Assembly (NCBI RefSeq): GCF_009914755.1
Contig: NC_060933.1
Reading direction: 5' to 3' (one strand)
Origin: the human T2T-CHM13v2.0 reference genome, Homo sapiens
DNA: 64,000 bases
A model generated the notes under the pieces. That model searched no databases and was not told the DNA's origin. It saw only the letters and a list, made by a program, of their open reading frames with translations. Numbering within the stretch: position 1 is the stretch's first letter; each line of letters starts with the position of its first letter. This document shows, piece by piece, positions 12,546 through 30,874 of this stretch. A program made the position numbers and the translations under genes.

Positions 12546-13354
12546 GGAAATGCAAATCAAAACCACAGTGAGATGCCACTTTACACCCACTAGGATGGTC
12601 ATAATTAAAGGAAGATAACAAGCATTGCAAGGATATGGAGAAACTGGAACCCCTATACATTGCTGGTGGGAATGTAAAGTGGTAAACCACTGTGGAAAAT
12701 GATTCCTCAATAAGTTAAACTTGGAGTTACCATATGACCCAGCAAATTTACTCCTGCATATATACCCAAAAGAATTGTAAACAGGTATTCATACAAATAA
12801 ATACTTGTATACAAATGTCTATAGCAGCACTATTTACAAAGCCAAAAGGTACAAACAACCCAAAGTCCATCAGTTGATGAATAGGTAAATGCCATACAGC
12901 CAAACCATGGACGAATAATAAAATTCAGCAATAAGAAGGGAAGAAGCACTGATACGTGTTACAACATGGATGCACTGTGAAATCGTTATGCTAAGTGAAA
13001 GAAGCCAGACACAAAAGGCCACATTTGTATGATTCCATTTTATATGAAATATCCAGAATAGGCAAATCCATGGAGACAAGAAAGCACATTAGTGATTGAC
13101 AGAGGCTAGGGGGAGGAGAGGATGGAGAATGACTGCTTAACGCATATGGAATTTCATTCTGGGGTGATGAAAAGGTTCTGGAACTACATGGTGGTGATGG
13201 TGGCACAATGTTGTGAATGTTCCTGATGCCATTGAATTGTACACTTTAAAATTGCAAAACTAGTAAATTTTGTGTGTATTTTATCTCATTAAAAATATTT
13301 CTTTGAGTTCTTGGGTGGTGTAGGATAGGCAGGTAGATTGTTGCTTACACAGGA

Positions 13355-13555
13355 TGGCAATATGTTGTAGTGGAAAGAGCATGACAGAGACTCAGAGGAA
13401 ATTTGAGTTCTAGAGCAAACTTTACTATTGACTCACCTCAAAGCTTTGGGAAATAAATTGTGCTATCTCCCTGGGTCTTGGTTTTCCTGGCTGTAAAATG
13501 AAGGGTTGCTATTTGATGAAATCTAAATTCCCTGTCAGCTTTAAAATTCTTCAAT
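13355..13555 (+). mobile_element. MIR/MIR3 fragment
   Basis: gtagtggaaagagca..., tcttggttttcctggctgtaaaatgaagggttg, tctaaattccctgtcagctttaaaattct. Confidence 0.6.
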
Positions 13556-16149
13556 TGAAGTTACAAATACTGATTTTGAATCCAAGAGTCTAACTATGTT
13601 TTGTCTTGTTCCTGTGTCAGTTTACAACAATAGATTAAGTGTGTTTCTAAATTTATAATAAAATTATATGTTGAATTTGGTTATATTAGCATATAATATA
13701 AATGTAAGTCATTTACAAATGTATACCAGTTATGTGAGTCTCACAATGTGACTTGTAACTAGGTAGTCAATAAATCCCCAAAGTAATAAAAAAATGTATT
13801 AGCGTATTTGTAAGGAGTATTTCCTTTTTTTATGCAACATTTTTTGATACTTAATATGTTAGGAATGTGAACTTTTAACTCATCAGACTGTTGTAACATA
13901 TTTGAAAATTATAGTAATTTGATTAAAATGTTGCCTATAAGGCAAAAGCCTTAGTTAATAGAATCCATATGTAATTAAAATGCAGAACTAAATGTAATCA
14001 GACTCCAGTGACTAGTGCCTTCATATTGATAGTTTTACAATGGCCTCTGGGGTTGAAAGTTTAAATGTTACAGAATGTAACAACATTGCAGAAAACAACT
14101 TAGGCTGGCAATTTAGCTGTTTGAAAGTCATCAACATAGTTACTTGATAAGATGTGACTGTCACATTCTAGATTCTCATCATTTTATGAATAGGTACTGT
14201 TGGCAGGTGGTAGAAGCACAAGACTAGTGTTCCAGTGGAGGACTATGCTTTGCAGCACTGTTATATAAACAGACCCAGATGAAGGTCCCTGCTAGAAGCC
14301 AAGCCACTGCCTTCTTTTCTTTTTTCTTTCTTAATAACAGAGTTGCTTAATTTGGGTGAATTCATTTGAATCATATGAAAGTTATAGACACGACACTATG
14401 CACCAAGCCACAAAAAAAAAGTCAAAAATTTTTTCCTGAACTTAAAGAAATTATTTTCTCTGGACAGTTTTAAGAGTTGACATCCTGTGTTAGAGTTCTC
14501 TAATCATCACCAGCACAATTTACAATCAGAACACACAGAGAGCCAGTTCAGACCAGCTCATCTGTTGATCTTGGCAGAGACCCTTCATCTCATTGTGTGC
14601 AGCTGCCACTTGAGAGTTGAGGGGACTCAGCAGAGAGCGAGAGGAGGGTGCGATGCAAGGCTGGTCAAGGCATGAACACTTGGGCCTGCTGCATTTCAAC
14701 AGTTGTATGTTGCTTGAAAAAATAGTCTTTTTTATTATACTGCCTCCCCACCTCCCCTTAACCTGAAATTAAACGAGGACCTCTCATGAGCCACTGCGCT
14801 CCAGGCATAAGAAATTGTAATGTCTGGCTTCCAGAAACTGTCCCGTCAAAATGTGCTTCTGATTAGGTGGCTTAATTACAGCTGTGAAAACAATGTTGAT
14901 TTAGGCCTCAAGATTCCAGGGCATGTCAGCCGTTATTAGCTAACCTTGGACTGAATCCATCATTTTAAAACTCTGTACCACTAAAGTCACCCTGTTTGAC
15001 AACTTTTTTTTTAGGTGGAAAGATTGCCAGAAGCAACACATTTTATGCAAAATATTGCTCAGTGCACAATTTCAACTGCAGCACCATTAGTGGACATTAA
15101 AGGGATAGTTAACTTTGCACTTTATCAAGAACAAGGAAGTGCTGTTTGTAAAAACAGTAAGTTTTGAATAGTATTTTTAAAGAGTTGACTGACATAAGAA
15201 TTAATTTTAATTCCTTTAATTCAGTTTTATTTCAAATCCAGCATGTTGGTTTAACCGCCCAATTTTATTACACCTAAATTTTCCTGACAGTTTCATTTGC
15301 TGTTAGGAAATAAAATTGCAATTTTTTTCAACATGGGAAATAATGGCTAGTTTAAAAAATGTTGTGTTTGAAACTTCCTTTGCCTCAAGCTGGTTCAGAG
15401 ACAACCTCAGTTTACTTTTGGAAGGAAATGAACCTCATTAAACAGTTTTTAATATTTTAATATAAGTAAATTTTTTCATAGTGAGAAAAAAGCTTATTAG
15501 ACTCATGTATTTACACCTTCCAGGGAAGTAAAAGTTGTAATAATTAGATGATTCCAATACTTTAGAATTTTCTATACAATTGTCACTGGTATAAATATAA
15601 CTATGTATTGTAAGGAGTTCCAATTCCATTGTATTTTAGATGTCTAAAATCCCCCTTATATACTATGAATACTTTTTTGTCAGCAGTTTTAAAGTAGACA
15701 TTATTTTAAAAGGCATTACTAAAAAAGCACACTGGGGAGTTGAACAACAAACATAAAGAGTCATAATTCTCATTATAATTTTGGAATAAAGTTTTGCTTG
15801 AAAATGCTGAATTTATGCCAAGCTTAATACCTAAGAGAGAGAGCTAAATGATTTCTTTAAAATGAAATCTCCCACACCCAAGACGTTAAATACAGTGATG
15901 TGGGTGGTCAAGGCACATCTTTTTCTACTGGGTAAACTCATTGAGTATTTAACTCTGTCACTGTGAATCATGTATGGACAAGGAAGCTTTTGTCCAAGTT
16001 AAGAGTTAATACATAGATAATTAATTGTGAGGAATGGATGGGTGAAGAGATGGGTTGGTAATATAGTATGTACGTCTTGAAAGAGAAAGATGAGCAACTG
16101 ATTCAAAATAGAGAACAAATTAGTAATCCCGTAATCTAAATAATATCAG

Positions 16150-16370
16150 TAACACCTGATTGCCAGATACTGAAGAGACACTTTACACTGGTATCTACCT
16201 CATCTATTATTTAATTTAATCTTTATACCAGTCTTATGAGGGAAATGTTATTTCCTCACCTTGCAGATGAGGAATCTCAGTCCCAGAGAGAATATGTAAT
16301 TTGCTCAATACCATGCTGTTTGGGTCTAGACTGGAACCATTATCTGTGTGTCCAAAACCCGTGCTCTAAA
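16150..16370 (-). mobile_element. MIR fragment
   Basis: tttaatctttataccagtcttatgagg...ttgcagatgaggaatctcagtcccagagag. Confidence 0.6.
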
Positions 16371-18871
16371 CTAAAGATGGGAATAGATTTTCTTTTTGAA
16401 AATGAATTCCAGGTTATGAAATAGTGGGGAAAAATTAAGAATGACCAAGTTTACATGGAGTGTGCCTTACTCTGTGCATACACTATTAATAGAGAAGAGC
16501 ATTTAAGCTTAAATAAAAGTTTTACAGTTTTCTACGAAAAAAAATCCTAATTTTTTTTTCTTTTAAAAAATGACTGTATATAAAGACTCACAAATTCACT
16601 GGGTCTATGGTTAAGGCCTTTTACCTAGAACAAAAGGATCTTTCTCTTTCCTTTTGAAGTTACTTTATGCACAGAGAATTGAAAGTGTACATCCTTCCAT
16701 GTTAGACTGGTTTGAAGTTTGGATATATTGCATTTGTTCTTAAGATTCTATGTTAGCTGAGAAATTGGGAAGAAATAGCTGTCTTTCCCAGAACTTTGGC
16801 TTAGGGCATACTTTGATAGAATCTGAATTCAGCTTATTCTTTTGGATATTCTTTTGTTCTCCATGTTTGCCTGACACCAACTGGAAAGATACTCTTCCAG
16901 AATGTAAGGGGCCAGCTAAGGTTACAGGACTTTATTTTTCTAGTCTCTACCACTTTATTTTTGATTAGTTCTAACTAAAAATATGAATTTGTTTGAAAAA
17001 ATAATGCCATATGGATAGTATACACAATAGATTTTATTTAATTTTTTCATGATAAAATGATTGCTTTGATATATCATTTTGTGGTGACTTATGACTTAAT
17101 TTTTCACGATCTTTTATTAAATAACATTAATATTATAGATTCTTATGATTATAATTATGTACACCCTAGCTGGTTTTGCCTCTTCTTGATAATATAACCT
17201 TTTTTTTTTTGAGAAAAGAAAATGGCCCAAGAAGGAGTTTTGAAGAATTATGTCTACACCTATTTATATCTATATACTGTGTCTAAATAGATAATATCCA
17301 TATAGATATAAATATTCTCACTATTTCATGGTATTATACTATTTTGGCTATGGAGTAATCACTTTTTAATATCTTAGTTCATGTACTTATATATCCTGAT
17401 TCATATTTATTTGCATACAGAATCCTTCAGTTGTAGAAATATGGTATTTATCCTACACAGGTAAAAAAAAGAAAAGAAAACCCTGCAGAATATTTGAAGT
17501 CAGATTATTGAAACAATTCAACTTTTATAATCACATAGTTTGTTTCCTTAATGGCACTGCAATAAAGGACATCAGGTATATATAATGCTTCTTAGCAGTG
17601 ATTCAAAAGAGTTTAAATTGGTCACCATTTCAATAACAAAAGTGCATGAAAAAGTATAGGGTAGTTATTTATTAGAAGCAGCCATTAAATAAGTCTCACA
17701 GTCTTGTTTATCTCTATCTCATATGGATACCTCAGGCTGGGAGTGGGAGAAGCCTAGAGAACAGAATTTTTACTTCCACCACTTCCCCGAGCAGAATAAC
17801 TTTACTTTTATGTCATTTAGAAATTAAATTTTGAAATAAGATTTCATGTAATAAATGCATTCTGCTACTTAAAAATTTGGAAGCGGTAGTCCACCCTGGA
17901 ATAACTGATCTGTTAAATAAGTAGTTATTTGAGACACCCCGGAACAAATGATCTGTTAAAAAAGTAGTTAAGTATGTCATAAAGTATCAATTACATACTC
18001 AAGGCAAAAAATAATGAAAAGGGATGGATAATTTCATGATAACTTCTACACTTTGTAAAATTATTTTATTTGTTTCATGACTGCTTGAAAGCCTGAAAAT
18101 TTAAGACTTGTTTTTGTTTCTTCCAACAAAAATACTTTTGCTTTACTCAATGCGTACACTCTTTTTGGCACTACTTGGTACAGATCTTGATTATTGATGC
18201 CATACAACTTTATATCATTTGTTTAGTGGATAAAAGCAATACACATAATTTTGCTAAGAGTGTAAAATTATCTTTGAAATAATGAAATATATGTAAATAC
18301 ATGTTTTACAGTCTATATTTTGTATTTGACCTTTATAAACTTAATGAATAAAGACTTTTCATAGTAATATACTGAAGCATGGATTTCCCACCCATAGTAT
18401 TTGATCTACCTGTAGAACTCAGAATCTTATCTAATTAAGCTGCAAGTCATTTAAGGTCATTTCTCTTTTTCAATGATTGAAGGGAATTTACCAGGAAATT
18501 ACCAGTTACACTGGTAACTGACTTGACTTCTCAACTTCCCACATAAGGAAGGATATACACAATAATTTCTTAATGGAAATAAGGGTTCGGTCCCTTTGCA
18601 CAAAGTCAAACTTGCAGACCAAATGTGGGAACCAACAAGGATATAAAAAGGTACTATCTATCATCAAACATCTTGTACTATTTGAGTACAATAAACAATT
18701 TTCTCTCTCCATCTCCCTCACCAGAAGTTATACATATTCACTGTTACTATAGCTTTATCTCCTCAATATTTCTCCCCTTTATTTTTGAGGTACAGAGAAA
18801 TTGAAGGGATATGCTCCTAATTTTGTGTGGTGGAAAGCAAACTGGACTGTGGAGTCAAGAGCTAAGACCTT

Positions 18872-18990
18872 GCCTCTAGTCCCAGCTACTCAGGAAGATC
18901 AGGAGAATTACTTGAGTCTGAGAGTTCAAGAACAACCAAGGGCAACCTAGTGAGACCCTATCTCACTAGGTTCAAAAAACAAAACATAGC
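18872..18990 (+). mobile_element. Free Alu monomer (FLAM-like) nested in a MIR (~18820-19110)
   Basis: gcctctagtcccagctactcagga...gagttcaag...ggcaacctagtgagaccctatctc. Confidence 0.7.
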
Positions 18991-21900
18991 GTTAAGAAGT
19001 TAATCTTTGCCCTGCCAACATTAGCTATATGATCTTGGGTGATTAACCTCTCTGGTAGTTCCCACGACTGTAAAAGGTGGAGATTGGACTAGATAATCTC
19101 TAAGGTGCCTTCTGGTACTAAACAAGTGTTTTCTCATTCACTTTATTATTATTATTTCTGTCATAGCCTTCCATGCCACTTAAAGGTGTCCCTCTCAGGG
19201 CCTTGTGCCACCTAAGTGTTACCTCACCCAGCCGGCAGACTATTGCAGAGGATTCAGATCATTAACAACAGTAATAGCATATGTTTCAGTTTCTATTTTT
19301 TAGAATAACAAACAAAATGAGTATTTAAATATTTAAAGTTTTTCACCTTTGAAATTGAATATTTGGCAGTCAGGAATGCATAGAAAGTTAGTGTATTGGT
19401 TAATGGAGCTCGCCGGTAGCGATTCAATACTTGGTTAACTTATTACTTTGTTTAACACTTCTGGACACTATTGTAATCTTAACCATTTTCAGTTTAAACT
19501 TGTTTTTATTGTTATTCACATTTAATTTGCACCCATAATATACCATTGAATAGATAGGAAACCTTAAAAAAAACACTGAGTTTGAAATTCAGTGATAATA
19601 AGGAATCTTAAAAAAGATAATTAGGGAAATTTACCTCAGTCTTCAACAGATCCACAAGTTCCATTCATCTGATCAAAATTCTTATACCAACGCTTGATAT
19701 TTTTAATGTTTCAAAGCCAGTGTTAAGAAGAGAGAATTGTGATAACTTTATTTAGATTGGCTGTACATTTATTGAAAATCAAGTGCTACAATATATAATT
19801 TGAAAGAAGTGCTAGACAGTAGCAGCCTGAAATGCTCTCTTTTAACTAGCCATTTAGAAACAACATACTCAATATTATATAAAAGAAGACAATTCATTTT
19901 TAAGCATAAAATGCAAAGAACTAACATAAGGTTACCAGTTAAAAGGGTTACCTATCTATTGTTTTTTTAAATTGGTTTGTTTTTACTTACATTCAGTTTT
20001 TATTATTTAAAAAAGCACACATTGACCACATTGCTTTTTAACATGTTCAGCCACATTTGAATTCTTTTTCTTTTTAAATATACCATGCTCTCCCCCATGA
20101 GCCTTTATGTATATGCTGATTTCTTGCTTGGAATAGTATTTTCAGCCTTTCACCTACTTGATTTTTTCCCAAGTTTTAAATCCCAAGTCTCTCCCCAAAC
20201 ATCCTCTTGTATAATTATAACATTAATTGTATCATATTACAATTGATTTTTAGTTGGCTAATCCTATTCTAGAAGTGCTATGTGAGTAGGAGATTGCTCT
20301 ATTCCTAGATGTCACTACGATACCTAATACTGGTAGATAACAAATAGTTTGCTAAAAATTCCATTATAAATTCCAAATTATGTGGATCAAGTTAAAGTTC
20401 ATAAGCCTATTTGGAAGTTCAGATATCAAAAAGCAATGGCTGTAATTGGTCTTCTGTCTCTATGGGTCCGGAATTTCTTTATTAATAAGGTCGTCTGGTA
20501 TGTCAGATTATTACTGAAAATGTCATATTTCTGTGGTCTCCCTGCCCCTTTCTTAAGGGAAGGAGAAAGGAAAGGAGAGAAATTGCTGTTGTGTGGGTTG
20601 TATTTGAATTGTTCACCTGAGATCAGGAATTGTGTCTTGTTTTTACCTTATTCAGTGCCTAGCATACTACTGGAGTACAATAAATAAGTAATAATGGTGA
20701 GGAATATACTAGTAGACAATCTGTAGCGCTGAAAAATAATGCAAAGAATGGAAGAAATATTCTTTTAAGTTCTAAGTTCAGGTAAAGAGAGTGCTTTGGG
20801 ATATGTTTTTGAGTTTAGTAGGAATCATAATTTCTGCAACAGATTGTCCTTATGTGTTGACATTCCATATCCTTGAGAAGAAAATACTGAATTATTGTGC
20901 TTTCCCAGAAGAAATATAGAGAAAGATATAGGGTATTATAGAAATTTTAAACTATGACCAAATGCTCCTACAATATTAATAGCAATGTAGAATGGTAAGT
21001 TTAAAAAAAAGAAAAAGAAACAAAGCAATTCAGGAGGCAGATGGTAAGAATGTCAGCCCACCTGAGAATAGCTCTGAACTCTGAGCTTTAACTGCTGAAC
21101 CCAAACCAAGCCGTATAAGGAGATGGGTCCTGAGTTAAACTGCTGGCTGTCTTGTCAGCTTTGTTTGATGTTACTTTTCCCTTTGAAGATTTTGTGTTTC
21201 GTATCAAGTTTGTGGCAACATAAGAATGGTTCTATATTACATGTGTGTTTCTCAGCATTGTTAACAGCTTTGTCTTTATTGTCACTGATATATTTAATTC
21301 AGTGATCCTAGTTCGCATGGTGGCAGTGTGGTATTTTCATCAGTTTAAGGATGAGAAGAGCAGAGATATTTAAAAGGAAATGTCAAAAGACTTTTTCTTT
21401 AGATCTGTGCCAGAAAAAAACACTTATTTATGATTTAGAACTTATGAGACACATATAGGGTACATTAGACAGGATGATAAGAAATTGTGCTTGCTTTTAT
21501 TTCTGCAAATGGTGGGAACATTGTATGTTTAAAAAGATCAGGTTATTGATATGAAATAATTTAACAATTAAACATATAATAGCAATGAATTAATACTTGT
21601 ATATTTATAACCAGATGCAGGTCTAAGTATATTTTTGATTTTGCAAAGCTTGGGATCTCGAAGTCAGACATTGTGTATTATTTAACCTTATAGCCTTAGC
21701 AGCACCCACACTGTACCTGACTCATTGCCAAGTGCCCAACGAAGGTTTATTGAATCAATCAATAAATTATCTTCCCTTTTGAAGAGTTCTAAAATCTTTT
21801 AGAGCTCTTTCTCTTCCCATCTTTTATGCAGGCAAGGTAGTTGTATCTGCACATGGATTGAATACAAAAAGGCATAATGAAGAGTTGCTGATTTGATGGA

Positions 21901-22933
21901 ACTTATAATCAGTTGGTGAGTCAGGATAGACTCCTGTAGTGCAATAAGGTGATAAATGCTCATGGGGTTTGAAAAGATAAATTTATTGAAATGAGATGGT
22001 TAGGGAATATTTTTAAGAAGTTGTATTTGAGCTTGATTTTGAAGGAATGATAGGGCTTGAACAAGGAATTCCAGGCAGGGAGAACTATGTGAACCGAAAC
22101 AGGATGCCACTAGCCTGTAAGAGAGTAAGGTTAAACTATGTGTTGTTTTTTCTTTTGCAGTAATGTTGATGTTTTTATTTCTTTCTGCAGTTCTTTACAA
22201 TTTTTGAAATATACCCATATACATACCCTTACAGGTTTTTTTGTGATAAACGTGATATTTGTAAGATTCAGAAAAGTTGGGGGATTTTCTCAGCATCATC
22301 TAGTTATTAAACCAAAGAGCTGAGAGTGCTGGCTTTTTGTAAACCACTGTGGCTATTGCTTTTCTTTTTGGCCAAAGTCATCTACACTTAATTATTGAAG
22401 CCTTCTTGTGACCACTGGAAAGTATCTTTCAGGTAAAGGCATAATCTGTGAACATGAAACAGAAGAGGACTTGTCGATATATAGTTTTTGAGCCAGAGGG
22501 TTGCTAAAATGCTGTAAAAGGAAAGGATGGGGAGGAGGAGAAGGATTAGCTAACATTCATCTAATACTTTCCATGTGTGAGACATTGTCAGGGCCTTAAA
22601 TGTGTTAATGTATTCAATACTTACAACACTCTTATGGGGATATATTATTTTTATGAACTCTTATTATGCTGTATTGCTTATTACGTATTGAAGCAAATAT
22701 TTGAACACAGGCAGTTCAGCTCAAGAGCCCATTCATAGTAGCTAGGCATGCGGGTTTAAATGAAAGGATGCCTGTAAGGTTCCTGTTATTATTGTTAATG
22801 CCATTTCCTTTATGTTATAATCAATTGAGGATAGACATAATTTTTACTTGTTTTCAAAGTAGGAAGGAACTACCAAGGCCACAAAGTAACTCCTTTATTC
22901 TAGGCAGAGCATGGTAGTTGGGTTAGAATTCTT

Positions 22934-24920
<1,987 letters not shown>

Positions 24921-25879
24921 TAGATGCCTTTTGATGGGCATTTTTGTACCTCTGCCTAAGTAAATGTTGTTTAGTTAGGTTTCAAGATATGTTGTTAAAT
25001 GCTTGACTTATTGATGACGGGGAGATAGCACTTTTATATATAAACACTTTTTTTCTGAATTACAGGGTTTTGTTGTTTAGGTTGTACAATTAGCATTTTA
25101 ATCTGTCTCAGTTTTATTGTATCATAAGAATCTGTGATAATAAAATTACATTCATTTAGAAACTAAAAAACATGATTCTAACAAGTCAAACTAAGTTGGG
25201 ATTTTAGAAAGACAACAAATACCTATAATATGAATTTGGATAATGGAAGAACAAGTGATGTGTGTCACCATTGTTATAAACCCTTTCTACATATATTTAT
25301 TAGAAAATTATAGTTGCATATATATCATAGAAATTCTGAGACCTTAACATTCATAGACGTTAAAAACTTATAGGGTGTTTGTGGAATTTATGGATAAAAG
25401 CTTATGTTATGACATCACTAAATACACTTTTAAAATACCCTACTTGTATACCCATTAAACAGTAATTTCCCATTTCCCCCATCTCCCTAGATCCTGGCAA
25501 TCACCATTCTATTTTTTCTCTATTATTTTGACGACTCTAAGTATTTCATATAAGTAGAATTCTACAGTATTTGTCTTTTCGTGAATGGCCTATTTCACTT
25601 AGCATAATGTCCTCAAGGTTAATACATGTTGTAGCATAGTAGCATATATCAGCATTTCCTTCTTTTGTAGGGCTGAATAATATTCCATTGTATGTATATA
25701 GCACATTCTGCTTATTCAGTCATCCATTGATGGACATGGGTTACTTCCTTGTTTTAGCAATTGTGAATAATGTTCCTACGAATGTGGGTATACAAATATC
25801 TCTTCAAGACCCTACTTTCAATTCTTTCAGGGTTATACCCAGAAGTGAAATTACTGGATCATTTGGTGATTCTATTTTT

Positions 25880-29485
<3,606 letters not shown>

Positions 29486-30521
29486 TGGTGATTCTATTTT
29501 TAATTTCTTGAGGAGCTACCATAATGTTTTCTACACTGTTGTACTATTTTACATTTCCACCAACAGAGCAAAGATCCTAATTTCTCCATCTTCCATTTGC
29601 TTGGTAGATCTTCCTGCCAACACTTGTGATTATCTGTTTTTTGTTTGTTTGTTTGTTTGCTTGTTTTTTTAAGTAGCCGTTCTAATGGGTAGGAGGTAGT
29701 ATCTCATTGTAGGTTTGATTTGCATTTCCCTAATGATTAGTGATGTTGAGCATCTTTATATGTGCTTATTGGTTTGTTTGTTTTTTGGAGAATGTTGATT
29801 TAAGTCCTTTGCCCATTTTTTAAATCAGGCATTTTGTTGTCATTGAGTTTTAGAAGTTTTCTATATATTCTGGATATAAATCCCTTAACAGATACATGAT
29901 TTGCAAGTATTTTCTCCTGTTCTGTGGGTTGCCTTTTTACTCTGTTCATAGTGTCCTTTGATGCACACAATTTAAAAATTATCAGGAAGTTCAATTTGTC
30001 TGTTTTTTTCTTTTGTTGCCTGTGCCTGTTGTGTCAAATTCCACAAATCTTTGCCAAATCCAGGGTTGTAAAGCTTTCACCCTGTGTTTTCTTCTAAAAA
30101 TTTTATAATTTTTGGTCTTACATTAGGTCCTTGATCCATTTTGATTTAATTTGTGTACATAGTGTTCTTCATTCTTTCTTCAGTGAACTTCTTCAACTTC
30201 ATTCTTTTGCATGTGGACATGCAGTTCTCCTAGCACTGTTTGTTGAAAAGACGTATTTTTTCCCCATTAAATGGTGTTGACATCCTTGTCAAAACTCATT
30301 TGACCATTATCTGATGCTTTACTTCTGAGCTCTCTATTCTGTTCTATTGGTCTCTATATCTGTCTTTATGCCAGTACACACTGTTTTGAATACTGTAGCT
30401 TAGTAGTAAGTTTTGAAATCAGGATGAATGAGTCCTCCAACTTTGTTCTCCTTTTTTCAATCTTGTTTTGGGTATTTCCAGTCCCTTGAGATTATATATG
30501 AGTTTTAAGATGGATTTTGCT

Positions 30522-30874
<353 letters not shown>

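Larger units (their letters stand above)
8842..13290 (+). mobile_element. L1MB-type LINE-1 3' part (pieces 8842-8916 and 11852-13290), hosting an L1MA and an AluJ
   Basis: ORF2 C-terminal remnants (LYTKIKSKWIK, KTVKRQPIEWGKIF, MQIKTTVRCHFTPTRM) and an L1MB-like 3' UTR (ggggtgatgaaaaggttctggaact...ttgaattgtacactttaaaa). Degenerate TSD-like flanks aaaaatgtgtttccttgaagtctt / aaaaatatttctttgagttctt. Confidence 0.8.

Noticed and set aside
18499-18520. Overlapping short hairpins (ttaccagt-tac-actggtaa; cagttac-actg-gtaactg)
   Set aside because: Arms of 7-8 bp are expected by chance in 64 kb.
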